From the NCBI GenBank assembly GCA_030141605.1, contig JAQGDQ010001380.1, forward strand, positions 1-43,584: 43,584 nt of DNA, written 5' to 3'. The notes under the pieces were generated by a model that searched no databases, had not been told where the DNA came from, and saw nothing but the letters and a program-made list of their open reading frames with translations. Positions 12,044 to 24,408 of the stretch are shown here, piece by piece. Both the position numbers and the translations under genes were made by a program. The first letter of the stretch is position 1, and every line of letters begins with the position of its first letter. This DNA comes from Tubiluchus corallicola (Eukaryota; Animalia; Priapulida).

Positions 12044-12305
12044 TGCGAGTTATTTGATTATCTGCAGATGTTTTTGCAGATAGTCTGAACACGCCTTTTT
12101 ATGCATTACTATTGACAAATTTTCACCAAAGCAGAAAAGCAATGGTGACATGCAAACGGTTTCATGTACAATATGGCACATCTTTTCTATATCGACATTG
12201 AACTTAATTATGTGACTTTAATGGTGAAATTATCGTACGTCCGATAATCTCAGAAAATCTGTCTATTATTATAAGCTATGCATTTCAGTCATTATGTTTT
12301 TGCAG

Positions 12306-13177
12306 ATAATCAAATCAAATGCAACTGCGACATAAACTGGGTTTTCGGCAAACCGTGGAAGCTACATGAGATTGAATGCAAAAAATGGAGAAACTCCGGA
12401 TATAGTACACTTAAATCGAATAATCTCACATATTGCTACACCACTAGAGTGAGCTCAACTGTTGAAATGTCTACTACAGGAAGAGGGTCAACCAGAATGT
12501 CATCAAAAATAAGCTCATCTAGTACTCTGTTACACAGTGAACTCCATAGAGACACAGTTACACAGTCCATAGAGAGCTCAACTGCTCAACCTTCTACAAA
12601 GAGCTCAACCATCAAACTGTCTACAGTGAGCTCAACCAATAGGTCATCTACAAAGAGCTCAACCATCAATCTGTCTACAGTGAGCTCAACCACCAAGTCA
12701 TCTACAGTGAGCTCAACCACCAAGTCACCTACAGTGAGCTCAACCAATAGGTCATCTGCTGTGAGCTCAACCACAAAGTCATCTACAGTGAGCTCAACTG
12801 CTAAGCTGTCTACAGAGAGCTCACTGACAACTATTAAGTTATCTACAGTGAGCTCAACCACTAAATCATCTACAGTGAATTCAACTACTAAGTCACCTAT
12901 ATTGAGTTCAACCACCAAATCATCTACAGTGAGCTCAACTGCTAAACTGTCTACAGAGAGCTCATTGACAACTATAAAGTCATCTACAGCAAGATCAACC
13001 ACCAAGTCGCCTACAGTAAACTCAACCATTAGCCCATCCACAGCGAGTTCAACTACAGACCAGTCTAGTACCGCAAGCAAGATGTACGGCATACAGTGTG
13101 AAACGCATGTAATTGCAGTAATACTTTTTTTACTGTCTTTACAAATGCCAGCATTTCTGTATGTAAAAAGTTGTTAG
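12306..13177 (+). CDS. Nested LRR-mucin paralog 1, exon 2 (LRRCT, Ser/Thr/Lys stalk, hydrophobic tail); spliced protein 501 aa
   Basis: TTTTGCAG|AT phase 1 gives DNQIKCNCDINW; 27-bp STVSSTTKS repeats; C-terminal VIAVILFLLSLQM; AATAAA at 13213. Confidence 0.85.
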
Positions 13178-13724
13178 AATTCTCTCTTTAATATTGAAAT
13201 TTTGTCAAAGTTAATAAACTTTTTACTGATACATCACATAATTAACTGTACCGCGCATTACTACTAATTTTAATGGCAAAGCCTTAACTAGCTAGTTAAC
13301 ATAAGATGTGCCGTGGAATATTTTTGCTGTTGAAAATTATGTTAGTTTGTGATGTCATCAATAGTTGAGCTCGCCTAGCATTAATTAAAATTTTCAACCA
13401 TCATTTAGCTATCAAAAATGCTTTCGCAGTATTATTGGCATTAAAATGTATACTTTTTTACTGTCCTTCAATATGAGGTAGTAAATGAAAAATCATTCTA
13501 TCTTCCTGTTAAATGGCTGTACCTAATAGTCATTAGATTTACAAGTTTTACGCAGTGCTGCTGCTGGAACTAGTTCTATGCGTAATAAGATAGCCCGTAA
13601 GTGACAAAAACTTGAAGACGATGTTTTAGCTTGATAATTATATAATAAGAATGGTGTTTGCTCGAATGAATGTTAGTCTGGAATGGGCCTAACAATAACA
13701 ATTGTAAGGAGCCAAGCAGCTTAC

Positions 13725-13855
13725 CGTTCTCTAAAGAAGCTCTTTCACTAGCAGCCAGTTGAAGAACAAAGGGATTGTTGGCTCCGGTTACTTGCATGGG
13801 CTGAACAGATTCAGCGTAAACTACGGCACTGCCTCGATGGTCCAAACCATTCAAC
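13725..13855 (-). CDS. CGRRF1: CGRRF1 exon 2
   Basis: TCCAG|G...G|GTAAGC, 131 nt, phase 2/1; MQVTGANNPFVLQL resembles the conserved V.NPF.L motif. Confidence 0.85.
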
Positions 13856-14100
13856 CTGGAAATAATGCACAGCTAATTCTGACTGAACTGTTTAAACATT
13901 TTTATTTTGTAGTTAATTGACCCTGCAAGATGAGCTTTTAGCGGAGATGTAAAATGTTTACGAAAACCGTGAATGTTAACATTAACGATAATTAATAAAT
14001 TTCCCAATTCACTGGGTTAACACAAGAACTAAATCAACCGTCAACCAAATGTTATAGTCCAAAATATTTTTAAAATTATAACTAGTAGCAGTTGAAATAC

Positions 14101-14207
14101 CTTATAATGAATATAACCATGCAAAGAAAACATACAAGAACCGTAAAAACCGAGAATTTATTAGAAAAATCGAGAACTGAAAGAAAAATGTTTACACTGC
14201 CTTCCAT
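14101..14207 (-). CDS. CGRRF1: CGRRF1 exon 1 (N-terminal transmembrane segment)
   Basis: ATG at 14207; MEGSVNIFLSVLDFSNKFSVFTVLVCFLCMVIFIIR; AG|GTATTT phase 2; the six exons total 1026 nt with an open frame. Confidence 0.8.
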
Positions 14208-14224
14208 AGGGTACACTAAGCTGT

Positions 14225-14372
14225 AGTTTGTCACGTGACCAATACACAAGTACAGTACAAGCTGTAGAGCGGTATACAACTTTTTAATGTTTACACATCT
14301 TACCAGCAAAATGAGATAGCGCCTCTCTATTGACAAGTAATGGCAGCGTGCGTGCTGAAATGACAAGTGAGT
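14225..14372. promoter_or_regulatory. Putative bidirectional promoter CGRRF1/POLR1F
   Basis: Palindromic GTCACGTGAC (E-box/CLEAR type) at 14230-14239 with adjacent CCAAT; plus-strand GTGAGT donor at 14367 could join the acceptor at 17318-17319. Confidence 0.45.
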
Positions 14373-15616
14373 TTAACTTTTCAAAAGTTTGCGTAATTTG
14401 AGGCCTTTAGACAAGCTCCAAATTAACAGCATGAAAATCACTGTATCGGCGTAAACTTTTGTTTTAGTTCTTGAGTTACCGTCTAGTCAAACCTCAGTAG
14501 GCGGTAGTTTCCTTTGCCTACTTAGTGCATTATTAAATAAGAAAATTAATATTTCCATGCTGTAGCAGCAGGTACTGTTTACTTCAATTCTTCAGTCGTA
14601 CCACATGCAGCAGAAATGTCTATTTGATTAATACGATATGTATATCTAGAGTTACAGAAGATTATTCAATTCAATTTCAATTTATTTATCTCTTCAGAAC
14701 ACTACAATAGAATATTAACAACAGAACCAAAAAGTCATGAAGATTGGTTATAATAGATAGATACAAAACTAAAGAGAGGCTAGTGAAAAGACCATATAAT
14801 CACATAGTCGGCTATCCTTTACTGAATATAGAAAATGAGTAAAATTTCTACTGTTTGTAATTTTTGTAGCTGCTGTTTATTGTTGTTTTGTTATGACAGT
14901 GGCTGTGGCTCGTGAAGGCAGTGTGTGAACAGCCACGAGGGCATTGCAAACTGCCAAAGGTTGATTTATAAAACTGCACATTTAATAAGACATAGTATAA
15001 ACAGTGAGATAGTCATGCCAGCCCTCAGTCTCCAAGTCAGTTCTTGATGTGCCCTAGGTGCGGGCTACAAACTCTTGTTTATTTACCTAGTGTGTACTGA
15101 GTTTCTGCGAGTGGGAGTTACATCATCAATCTACAGTCGTGACGAATCCTCCAAAATAGGTCGTTAATCAGCTGATCATAGCGTGATGCCGTGCCTAACA
15201 TGGCTTCTCACTGAGGCAATAATTTGATCTTGAAACGTCAGTAAATTAATCTAGATCCTACTGATGGGAATCGATTATCGTTTTATCGACATAAGATCAA
15301 TTTTTTTATCGATTTTCGAATCGATACAAAACAAAATGGATTTTTTTTATCTATTAACAAATAAAAAAAAAAAGATAATCACCACAGAAAATTGAATACA
15401 ATCGGAGCATCGATATCAAAATCGATGTTTCATTTCGTGGCGATTTGTGTGCCCTAGCAATAATAAACAAATTTAATAATAAACAATAATAATAAATAAA
15501 CAAATGAATAATAGAACAACAGTTTTGTAATATCGTTTTATTAACTTCAAGATCTGGTATCATTAATTACATCAAATGATGCTTTGCAGTTTGCATCGTG
15601 TAGTACAGTATGTAAA

Positions 15617-16167
15617 ACGTTTATCGAAATCATATCGCAAGTTCTTTTCGTTTATCGAAATCGTATCGCAAGTTCTTTTCGTTTATCGAAATCGTATCGC
15701 AAGTTCTTTTCGTTTATCGAAATCGTATCGCAAGTTCTTTTCGTTTATCGAAATCGTATCGCAAGTTCTTTTCGTTTATCGAAATCGTATCGCAAGTTCT
15801 TTTCGTTTATCGAAATCGTATCGCAAGTTCTTTTCGTTTATCGAAATCGTATCGCAAGTTCTTTTCGTTTATCGAAATCGTATCGCAAGTTCTTTTCGTT
15901 TATCGAAATCGTATCGCAAGTTCTTTTCGTTTATCGAAATCGTATCGCAAGTTCTTTTCGTTTATCGAAATCGTATCGCAAGTTCTTTTCGTTTATCGAA
16001 ATCGTATCGCAAGTTCTTTTCGTTTATCGAAATCGTATCGCAAGTTCTTTTCGTTTATCGAAATCGTATCGCAAGTTCTTTTCGTTTATCGAAATCATAT
16101 CGCAAGTTCTTTTCGTTTATCGAAATCGTATCGCAAGTTCTTATCGTTTATCGAAATCGTATCGCAA
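15617..16167. repeat. Near-perfect 31-bp minisatellite (~18 units), probably within a MITE at ~15259-16191
   Basis: Unit CGTTTATCGAAATCGTATCGCAAGTTCTTTT; flanks TACTGATGGGAATC / GAGTCCCCTCACTA form weak TIRs. Confidence 0.9.
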
Positions 16168-16754
16168 TTTTTTTATAGAGTCCCCTCACTACCTGAATCA
16201 TCAATTTAATAATCTAATCTTGAATTATCAATTTAACTAAATCTCTTTACTAAATGATCATTAGACACCCCTGGGCATGAAAATTAATGTTGTCAGTTGA
16301 ATTAATTAGTTAATCCAAAATAAATTAAATGCTATAAATTGGGTCAATAGAATAGCGTCAATCTTGCGTAAACTATAATTAGCATTTTAATTTTGAGTGA
16401 AACACAGGTCAAGTTTGTTGTGTAATAATAAAAAACTTTGGATTAAGAATACAGCGAATCAACAAGAAGAATTAATACATTTTTGATTCAACTTCATCAT
16501 GTCCAGGTTTATTGAGTAAAGATGAGTCCACTGATTTTGGACAATAACAATACATTTTTCAATTTGCTGACTGGACAAATATTTAGTTGTACAAGTTTTT
16601 GTAATAATTTTGTAAAGGAGAGGTAAGATTTGTGCAATCTGTGCACAATTTCTGAATCTTTACTTATAAGATACATGTAGCACCACGGTATGAGTTTACT
16701 AATTGTTCTGCAAAGAAGAGGAGAAAGACAAAGCATTTACTGATATTATGTTAA

Positions 16755-17211
16755 CCCTTTCAGTCCCAAATTATTTTTTTAATAAAAAAAATTTTTTTGG
16801 CTTGGTACTTTTGTTCAGTATGTCCATCTTGTTTACATATAATAATTTTTTTCTACCTGTGCCCGCGTGCTAAATATAGCCTGTATCCCACGGGATACAT
16901 TGGGATTCAATGGAAGCATAAAATGTGCTTCATTTTGCAACTGGTGATAATTTTTTAAAGTATTTAAGACATTTAGTATGCACGCTATGCTGATCTGTAC
17001 AAAGTCGTCTCTAAAGTACTGTACCTTGCGCAGTTTTTTATGCTATGTAGATTTTCTAGTTTGCCATTTTATCACCATTTTTAGTCTATTGCTATTGGCT
17101 TAAATCAAAATAACTATCAACAGATCAAATAACTGTCAGTTTTAAAATTTTATTAATTTTAAAGGCAGAAAATATTCTCTTATCCCACGGGATACAACGG
17201 GTATGAACGGG
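16755..17211. mobile_element. piggyBac-type MITE, copy 1
   Basis: TTAA|CCCTTTCA...TGAACGGG|TTAA; inverted homolog at 20270-20707. Confidence 0.85.
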
Positions 17212-17323
17212 TTAATATCAGTATTGGTCAGTGGATTCACTGATTTAGACGTCATAAGCAATGTTGTCTTAATCTCTTATTAAAGTCTCTTTTATCATTG
17301 AAATCATTTTCTTTTTTAGGCTA

Positions 17324-18064
17324 ATGAACGCTTCTCTGGATTTCAAATCAATAGAAAAGCTTCTGTCGGACGAATATTCTCTATTAACGAAGATCGAGCA
17401 CAGTAGAAATGTTTCACTATCCCCCATGTACATAGGCAGGTGGAGAAGCGGCATAGAGGCGTTGCTTGACAAGGAAATGAATGTGTTTTCCGAACAGTTG
17501 CAAGGCGTCATGGTCGCGTACCGGAAACTGAAGATCCGGCAAAGGATGGGCTCTCTACAGGACTGCCAAACTCATGTCAATTTCACCGTTTTGTACGACG
17601 CCATTGTGTTTCGACCGCACGTTGGCTGCTTCCTAAAAGGAGTCGTCAACAAAATCAGCCTATCGTTTATCGGATGCATCGTGCACGGGTGGTTCAATGC
17701 GTCCATTCATAAGCCGAAAAGTGGCGCCTCGGAGTGGTCGCAGCTTCAGTTAAACTTTGGCGATGAAATTGTATTTCTAGTGGAGAATGTGAAAACTCGA
17801 AATAACTTCATACACATTAATGGCAAGTTGACTGAAGATTGGGTTGAAAGAACAAAGAAACTTTGTGAGGAGAATAAGAACTCTGTCGTGAAAGAGCCGT
17901 TGACGTTTTCTTCCGCAGTTTCTCACAATAGTACAGACTTAGTGTACGGCGATGGTGTCAAGAAAGAAGAAGAGGAAGAAAGAGTGAGTGAAAAGCACAA
18001 AAGGACAGATGAAATGGACCCTCCTAAAAAGCATAAACATAAAAAAAGCAAAAAGAGCTTGTGA
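17324..18064 (+). CDS. POLR1F: DNA-directed RNA polymerase I subunit RPA43 (TWISTNB)
   Basis: VSLSPMYIG, LQGVMVAY, IVFRPHVGCFLKGVVNKISLSFIGCIVHGWFNASI (Rpb7-like N-terminal and OB domains) and a Lys-rich tail; splice acceptor ends at 17319, 4 nt before the ATG. Confidence 0.92.
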   Translation: MNASLDFKSIEKLLSDEYSLLTKIEHSRNVSLSPMYIGRWRSGIEALLDKEMNVFSEQLQGVMVAYRKLKIRQRMGSLQDCQTHVNFTVLYDAIVFRPHVGCFLKGVVNKISLSFIGCIVHGWFNASIHKPKSGASEWSQLQLNFGDEIVFLVENVKTRNNFIHINGKLTEDWVERTKKLCEENKNSVVKEPLTFSSAVSHNSTDLVYGDGVKKEEEEERVSEKHKRTDEMDPPKKHKHKKSKKSL

Positions 18065-18690
18065 CTGGATACAAAGTGTTTGTGATTGGATACAGAGAGT
18101 TTGTGATTGGACGCAGAGAGTTTGTGATTGGACGCAGAGTTTGTGATTGGATACAGAGTTTGTGATTGGATACAGAGAGTTTGTGATTGGATACAGAGAG
18201 TGTTTGATTGGACACAGAGAGTTTGTGATTGGACGCAGAGTTTGTGATTGGATGCAGAGACGATTTGTGATTGGACAGAGAGAGTTTGTGATTGGATACA
18301 GAGAGTTTGTGATTGGACAAAGAGAGTTTGTGATTGGACACAAAGAGTTTGCAATTGGACACAGAGGGTTTGTGATTGGATACAGAGAGTTTGTGATTGG
18401 ACGCAGAGAGTTTGTGATTGGATACAGAGTTTGTGATTGGATACAGAGAGTTTGTGATTGGATGCAGAGAGAGTTTGTGATTGGATACAGAGAGTTTGTG
18501 ATTGGACGCAGAGTTTGTGATTGGATACAGAGTTTGTGATTGGATACAGAGAGTTTGTGATTGGATGCAGAGAGAGTTTGTGATTGGATACAGAGAGTTT
18601 GTGATTGGACAAAGAGAGTTTGTGATTGGACACAAAGAGAGTTTGCGATTGGACACAGAGGGTTTGTGATTGGACACAGAGTTTGTGATT
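18053..18690. repeat. 20-24-bp minisatellite (GAGTTTGTGATTGGATACAGA) x ~29 beginning at the POLR1F stop
   Basis: Visible tandem units; the first unit overlaps the TGA at 18062-18064. Confidence 0.95.
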
Positions 18691-20229
18691 TTTTTGTGCC
18701 ACTTATAGGACAGTAACGGAGATTTTTGTGTTGAAATGCTCTAAGGAAAAGCATTTCCCTAGGACAGTGAGGGAAATTGCACATTTTTCGTCAGATGATC
18801 CAGATTTTTTTCATTTACTCAACGAATGGGATTTTTTGTTAAACTTTTCTTATTGTTTTCAATTTGAGAGAACTGTAATCAGTTCATGTGTAACTGCAGT
18901 CTTTTATAGCAGAAAAAATCAAATAAACTCTAACTTATTACAAAAGCTTTGATTGCGAAAATTGAAATATGTGAGATCACAAAACTGATGTTAATTATTT
19001 TTTATTTTTTTCAGAATTAGCTGACAATAACTTAGAAATGTAAACTACGATAACAACACTTACCGGTGATAACAATTCACACTGTTCTCTTTCATCTTAG
19101 TACAAAAGACGTAGTTTAACAACTTGTTTTATTACAAGCGTGTCTATTTTTTATAACAGGCACATTTATAGTTAGAAACAACACAACTTTATTAAATTTT
19201 TTAGTTAACATAGTCAAAAATGATGTCAATCGTATTATACGACTTATTAATAAAAGAAAGTTTATCTGTGTACCCTAATAAGCCTTCTCTTAATGTACAA
19301 AGCAGTTCAATTCCTTTAACTTTATTTTCAAACACTTAGCTATTTGTGAATGTATCAATTTCTTTGTTGCTTTCCCCACTTTCCAGTGATCCAAAAAGTC
19401 CCTTCCAAGACCCCCGCTAAACGTCACTTAGACGTTTTTACTACGTGGCGTTTCCCCAATGAGCAAGAAGCGACAATTTTTTTCAAGGTTTCGGTCACCG
19501 TTCCTACAAGAAACAGCGCGGAAAACGTTCTAATTTCGCTTCGGAGTCTTAGGGAGAATTTACAGGTCTGTGAAAAAAGAAAACCGAGCTACACGACGAT
19601 TACGATTATGATTAATTAGTGCATAACAGGCTTTGCCTGTATAAACTGGTTGCATGTTTGTAAATTTACCACTGGTGATGACAGCAGCAGCTTGTCAAAA
19701 CGTTTGGCAAGATTTTTAACTATGTAAAGTAGAAGTTTTAATAAAGTTGTGTTGTTTTTAACTATAAATGTCTCTAGTACACTATCATAAAAATTTCGTA
19801 TAAAGGTACCTCAAAGATATAAAATCACATTAAAAAATAGCACCGTTCTACATTCACAGAATTATTTTTGACAAGTGTAAAGTGTTAGTATTATTTCTTA
19901 TAGATATTAGATAAATAGGTAAATATTTTTCATAGATATTAAAAACAAACAGCTGTGTGTTGTTTATGTAGCTTGCGGATGCAGATGCGTTTTTCACCTG
20001 CAGAACACAGCCTGTGGAAACAAAACAGTGTGAAATAACTGCAGAAATAAATAATTTGGTGCATTGAAAACAATATAAACCGATTTTATCTATTCCGCAA
20101 CCGCGAGAGACAAACATGTACTGTTTTAATGTGCATAGGTAAAAAACGTAGGCAAAATACAAAATGGCTTCGAGCAAAGTAAAAAAAATCGCAACTACAA
20201 CAAAAGCGAAAAAGGTGGCACACGATCTG

Positions 20230-20725
20230 CGACGTTAAAACGAAACGTCGCTAAATGGGGAGTTGTTAACCCTTTCATACCCGTTGTATCCCGTGGGATA
20301 CGAGAATATTTTCTGCCTTTAAAATTAATAAAATTTTAAAACGGACAGTTATTTGGTCTGTTAATAGTTATTTTGATTTAAGCCAATAACAATAGACTAA
20401 AAATGGTGATAAAATGGCAAACTAGAAAATCTACATAGCATAAAGAACAGCGCAAGGTACAGTACTTTAGAGACGACTTTGTACAGATCAGCATAGCATG
20501 TATACTAAATGTCTTAAATACTTTAAAAAATTATCAGCAGTCGCAAAATGAAGCCCATTTTTTGCTTTTGTTGTGTTTTTAAAACAGCCGGACTTTGTTT
20601 TTTTTGCACATGACAAAGAATGTTGTGTATCCCACAGGATACATTGGGAACAAAAGTTCCAAGCCAAAATTTTTTTCTTATTAAAAAATGATTTGGGACT
20701 GAAAGGGTTAAGCGAGGACTCACTG
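20230..20725. mobile_element. Right end of a pogo/Tigger-like element, interrupted by the piggyBac MITE
   Basis: Removing 20270-20711 restores ...AAACGAAACGTCGCTAAATGGGGAGTTGTTAAGCGAGGACTCACTG, homologous to the terminus at 33260-33297. Confidence 0.7.
20270..20707. mobile_element. piggyBac-type MITE, copy 2 (inverted relative to copy 1)
   Basis: TTAA|CCCTTTCATAC...GACTGAAAGGG|TTAA. Confidence 0.85.
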
Positions 20726-20860
20726 TGTAAACAACGTGCCAGTATTGGGTCTGAACGAACATAAGTACAATGACTAGATGCACAAAACTAAATCCTCCAC
20801 AAAGTGTTTGTTTTGCACAAACTGGTAAATTTACCTCAAGCACCTCTAGGAAGCCATTAT

Positions 20861-21130
20861 ATGGCTTCATTTCAACTCACATTAATACTGAAACATTACA
20901 TGGCTTCATTTCAACTCACATTAATACTGAAACATTACATGGCTTCATTTCAACTCACATTAATACTGAAACATTACATGGCTTCATTTCGACTCACATT
21001 AATACTGAAACATTACATGGCTTCATTTGGACTCACATTAATACTGAAACATTACATGGCTTCATTTTGACTCACATTAACACTGAAACATTACATGGCT
21101 TCATTTTGACTCACATTAATACTGAAACAT
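20861..21130. repeat. 39-bp minisatellite x ~7 just downstream of the PGGHG stop
   Basis: Unit ATGGCTTCATTTCAACTCACATTAATACTGAAACATTAC. Confidence 0.9.
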
Positions 21131-21184
21131 AACAGTTCAATTCATTTTTCTAAAAAAAAAAAAAAAAACACATTTCTTCTACAG

Positions 21185-21488
21185 TCACGGTAGATAGTCT
21201 GAAATTGTCCAGGCGATCACGGCCACCGCAGCAGCCAGTAACAACGCTGAGCAAGAAGGTACGACGTCTCTTCCCGCCGACTTCACCGTCGACATGACGG
21301 CAACGTGGCTGAGTTTAAACTGGAGACCTTTGTTCAGTTCAAGAGGAAAGAATTCTTTCGTTTCGTAGAAATAAATCCTGAAGAGTTGTCGAACGTCGGC
21401 GTTGGACGTCATGACGAATTCAACGATCTCTTGATTCCATCTGATCGTGAAAGCCGCTCCGAGGTAATCGAGGTGGGTGATGGTCATT
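21185..21488 (-). CDS. PGGHG: PGGHG/ATHL1-like GH65 glucosidase, last exon (hydrophobic C-terminus)
   Basis: TCCAG|A ATG phase 2; MTITHLDYLGAAFTIRW resembles the GH65 C-terminal domain; TGA at 21185. Confidence 0.75.
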
Positions 21489-21604
21489 CTGGATAATAAA
21501 GAAATAAAGATTATTAAAGGAAAGGTAAACATATTTACTATGTACAGTGTCAAACACTCATATTGTGATTCCGTGCTGCTTTGTGTGTTGTGAGGCTGTC
21601 AAGT

Positions 21605-22272
21605 ATATGTGTGCTTGCACAGCAAACTCTTGCATAAGTCGGCAGTTAAGCTTTTCTGTTGTTCACTCATCCTGAATCTCCATTTCATGAGGATCATTTT
21701 GATACAAAGTTCATCGCTTTATGTTATTTCTAAGCTGAGATAATCCACGTTGACGTTGAGGTGCAGGCTGCACACTGAAAAACATAACCTTGAGAAAATC
21801 ACTGTTAAAGTCAGCCATTGTTTTTTGTCTCGTTTCTACAAAACACTTAGCAACCGCACAAACGTTGGTTGCTATGGACTTTGCAGGAGCACATTGAAGT
21901 TATGTTTAAATCCAGTAGATTGCTCTTCCTAACAAAGATCTGGGTTTGGCAACAGAAAAAAAACTTGAAGCAAAATGACTGCTTCCACAAGCTACTATCA
22001 AACTTTGAAAATAAGAGTTCTTTACAACTGCAGCACTAGTTCCTATACACAAAAATGGATAAGGAGTGATAAAATTAGATTTTTTGTATGTTTTAAACAT
22101 TTTCTTGATAATGCTTTGTTAGAATATAAAAGTTCGATATATTTAGCATTTGTTTTTTTATAAAAAAAGAAATTGATATTTGATTAAATGTTTAATGCAT
22201 TCTATTTTGAAGCATCATAACTTAGTTTTAACGATGCCAACTTAAGGACGGTTTTAGTTTGCAAGCACACAA
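21605..22272. mobile_element. MITE family B full copy (partial copy follows at ~22375-22635)
   Basis: ATATGTGTGCTTGCAC...TGCAAGCACACAAAT TIRs; internal homology to 4075-4622. Confidence 0.8.
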
Positions 22273-23460
22273 ATAACATAATTTAAAAGGTGTGGAATGA
22301 AGCTTCTCATTTAGGAGTTTGAAAGATATTTTAGCAGCATTTCAGCTACGACAACGCTGCCTTCTGTTAGTTTCATTGTGTTGTACAGTTGCTAAGTGTT
22401 TTGTAGAAACACAATAAAAACAATGGCTGACTTTAACAGTGATTTTCTCAATATTATGTTTTTCAGTGTGCAGCCTGCATCTCAACTTCAATATGGATTA
22501 TATCAGCTTAGGAATAACATAGAGTGATGAACTTGGTATCAAGATGATCCTCATGAAATGGAGATTCAGGATATGTGAGTAACTAGAAAAGTTTAGCTGT
22601 TGCTTGCCGGATGTTTTTGATATGCAAGCACAAAATGCCTCAGAATTTTCCGCAACACACAAAAATAACTACAGTGTTCACCGATTTCGAAAACTGGCCC
22701 ATAGACACCATTTATTATAGTATTACACGAGTGCAGAATGCCCAGAATTTGTGTAACAGGAGGCTGTAGTAAAGAAACAAATGATGATGTTAGCCTTTTT
22801 CAAGTTTCACGGCCCGAAAGCAGACAGTAAATGGCTAGAATTGTAATTGCTAAACACCTGCTAAGGCTCAAATACGCCAATTTGTTACCAGGCATGACGA
22901 TTCCTGCCTTGACGTCATCAGTGAGTGGTCGCTGTTAGCCATTTCAAGTGTCCCGACCGGAAAGCGGACACTAGGTCCGCTAGAGTTGTACTCGCCATGA
23001 TTGTGTGTGAACAGTAAACACTGCTAAGGCTCAAATACTCCTGCCTTGACGTCATCAGTGAGTGATCCGTCAATGACGTCTCGCCCGATCATAGATTTAC
23101 ATGTGGCAATTGGAGTATGTAAAATCGACAAATTATTTACTTAATTAGTTAATTGTGTTACAAAAGCAACTGGAATGTCATTTCAAAACGTGCTCCTCAA
23201 ACTTCTGCTAAACTTGTTGGCGAGACGGGGCTTTTACTTTAAGCAAAATCGTGGCTATTCAGTCTAACACAGTCATCTACAATGTTTCAACCACAACGTG
23301 GTCGTGATCACACAACTCACCTAATAAGAACATAAGGTATAACATTTACGCGTATGTTTGTGATCGCAACAGCTCATAACACCTCATTTTATCTTTGCTT
23401 CATTACATTCATTGTCATTCAATCTGTTTTGTAGCTTTACATTAACTTCGAACATACTGA

Positions 23461-23810
23461 TACAGGGGCGCCAGCAGCAAATTACAGGGGCAGGGCAGCA
23501 AATTACAGGGGCACCGGCAACAAATTACAAGGGTACCGGCAACAAATTACAAGGGTACCGGCAGCAAATTATAGGGGCACCAGCAACAAATTACAGAGGC
23601 GGGGGCAGAAAATTACAAGGGCGCCGGGAGCAAATTATAGGGGCACCAGCAACAAATTACAGAGGCGGGGGCAGAAAATTACAAGGGCGACGGGAGCAAA
23701 TTATAGGGGCACCAGCAACAAATTACAGGGGCACCGGCAGCAAATGACAGGGCACTGGCAGGAAATTACAAGGACAGGGGCAGCAAGTTACAAGGGCAGG
23801 GGCAGCATTT
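23461..23810. repeat. ~20-bp GC-rich minisatellite (CAAATTACAGGGGCACCGGCAG variants)
   Basis: Visible tandem units. Confidence 0.85.
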
Positions 23811-24256
23811 ACGAAAAGGGCACGTTTTATTTACCCACATTTCTGTGGCTACACTGATGACAATATGACTTATGTATAAAGGTATGTCTAAGGCACCCCA
23901 AATGCCTTCTGTTTCTCACATAGTCCTTTTAAATAAACTAGTATTAGTAAATTACTTTTACTAATCATACTATTCAGTATAGTAAATATACTGAGAAATA
24001 TATACAAAGCACATATACATGATTTGGCTTCATACACGGTGTGGCTTCGTCGTTACTGAATCGTTTACATTTTCCTGTAAACTTTTTTGGGGTAATCATG
24101 GATAACCACACATTTTTCCATCAAAACGGCACAGTTCTGCTCCCGCGCTGCCCCCGCCCTTGGGAAAGGGCAAGACGGTCGCTGCACACCAGCACCCCTG
24201 CAGCGGTACGCCACAAAGGTAACTGCACTTGATAGAAAGAATGATGAGCGTCTTAC

Positions 24257-24408
24257 TCTTTAGTGTTGGCTGGCAACACCGGATTAAAATCCAGGCGATC
24301 CTCTCGTATTCGGATGCCTCCATAACCGAAGAGAAGTGCTTGGAGAAATCCTCCCATCCCGGTAATAAAATTTACCGCCCCTTTTGCATCCTTTACTTCC
24401 GACCAGAT
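24257..24408 (-). CDS. PGGHG: PGGHG-like exon
   Basis: IWSEVKDAKGAVNFITGMGGFLQALLFGYGGIRI, a hallmark PGGHG motif; TTTAG acceptor, GA|GTAAGA donor. Confidence 0.92.

Noticed and set aside
10080-13280. TIRs around LRR paralog 1 (TGCCGTAAAGATCG... versus ...TTTTAATGGCA)
   Set aside because: The match is too weak and no TSD or empty site was found, so transposon packaging is claimed only for paralog 2
15576-18784. Long repetitive ORFs at 15576-16240 and 17923-18784
   Set aside because: Artefacts of the 31-bp and 20-24-bp arrays
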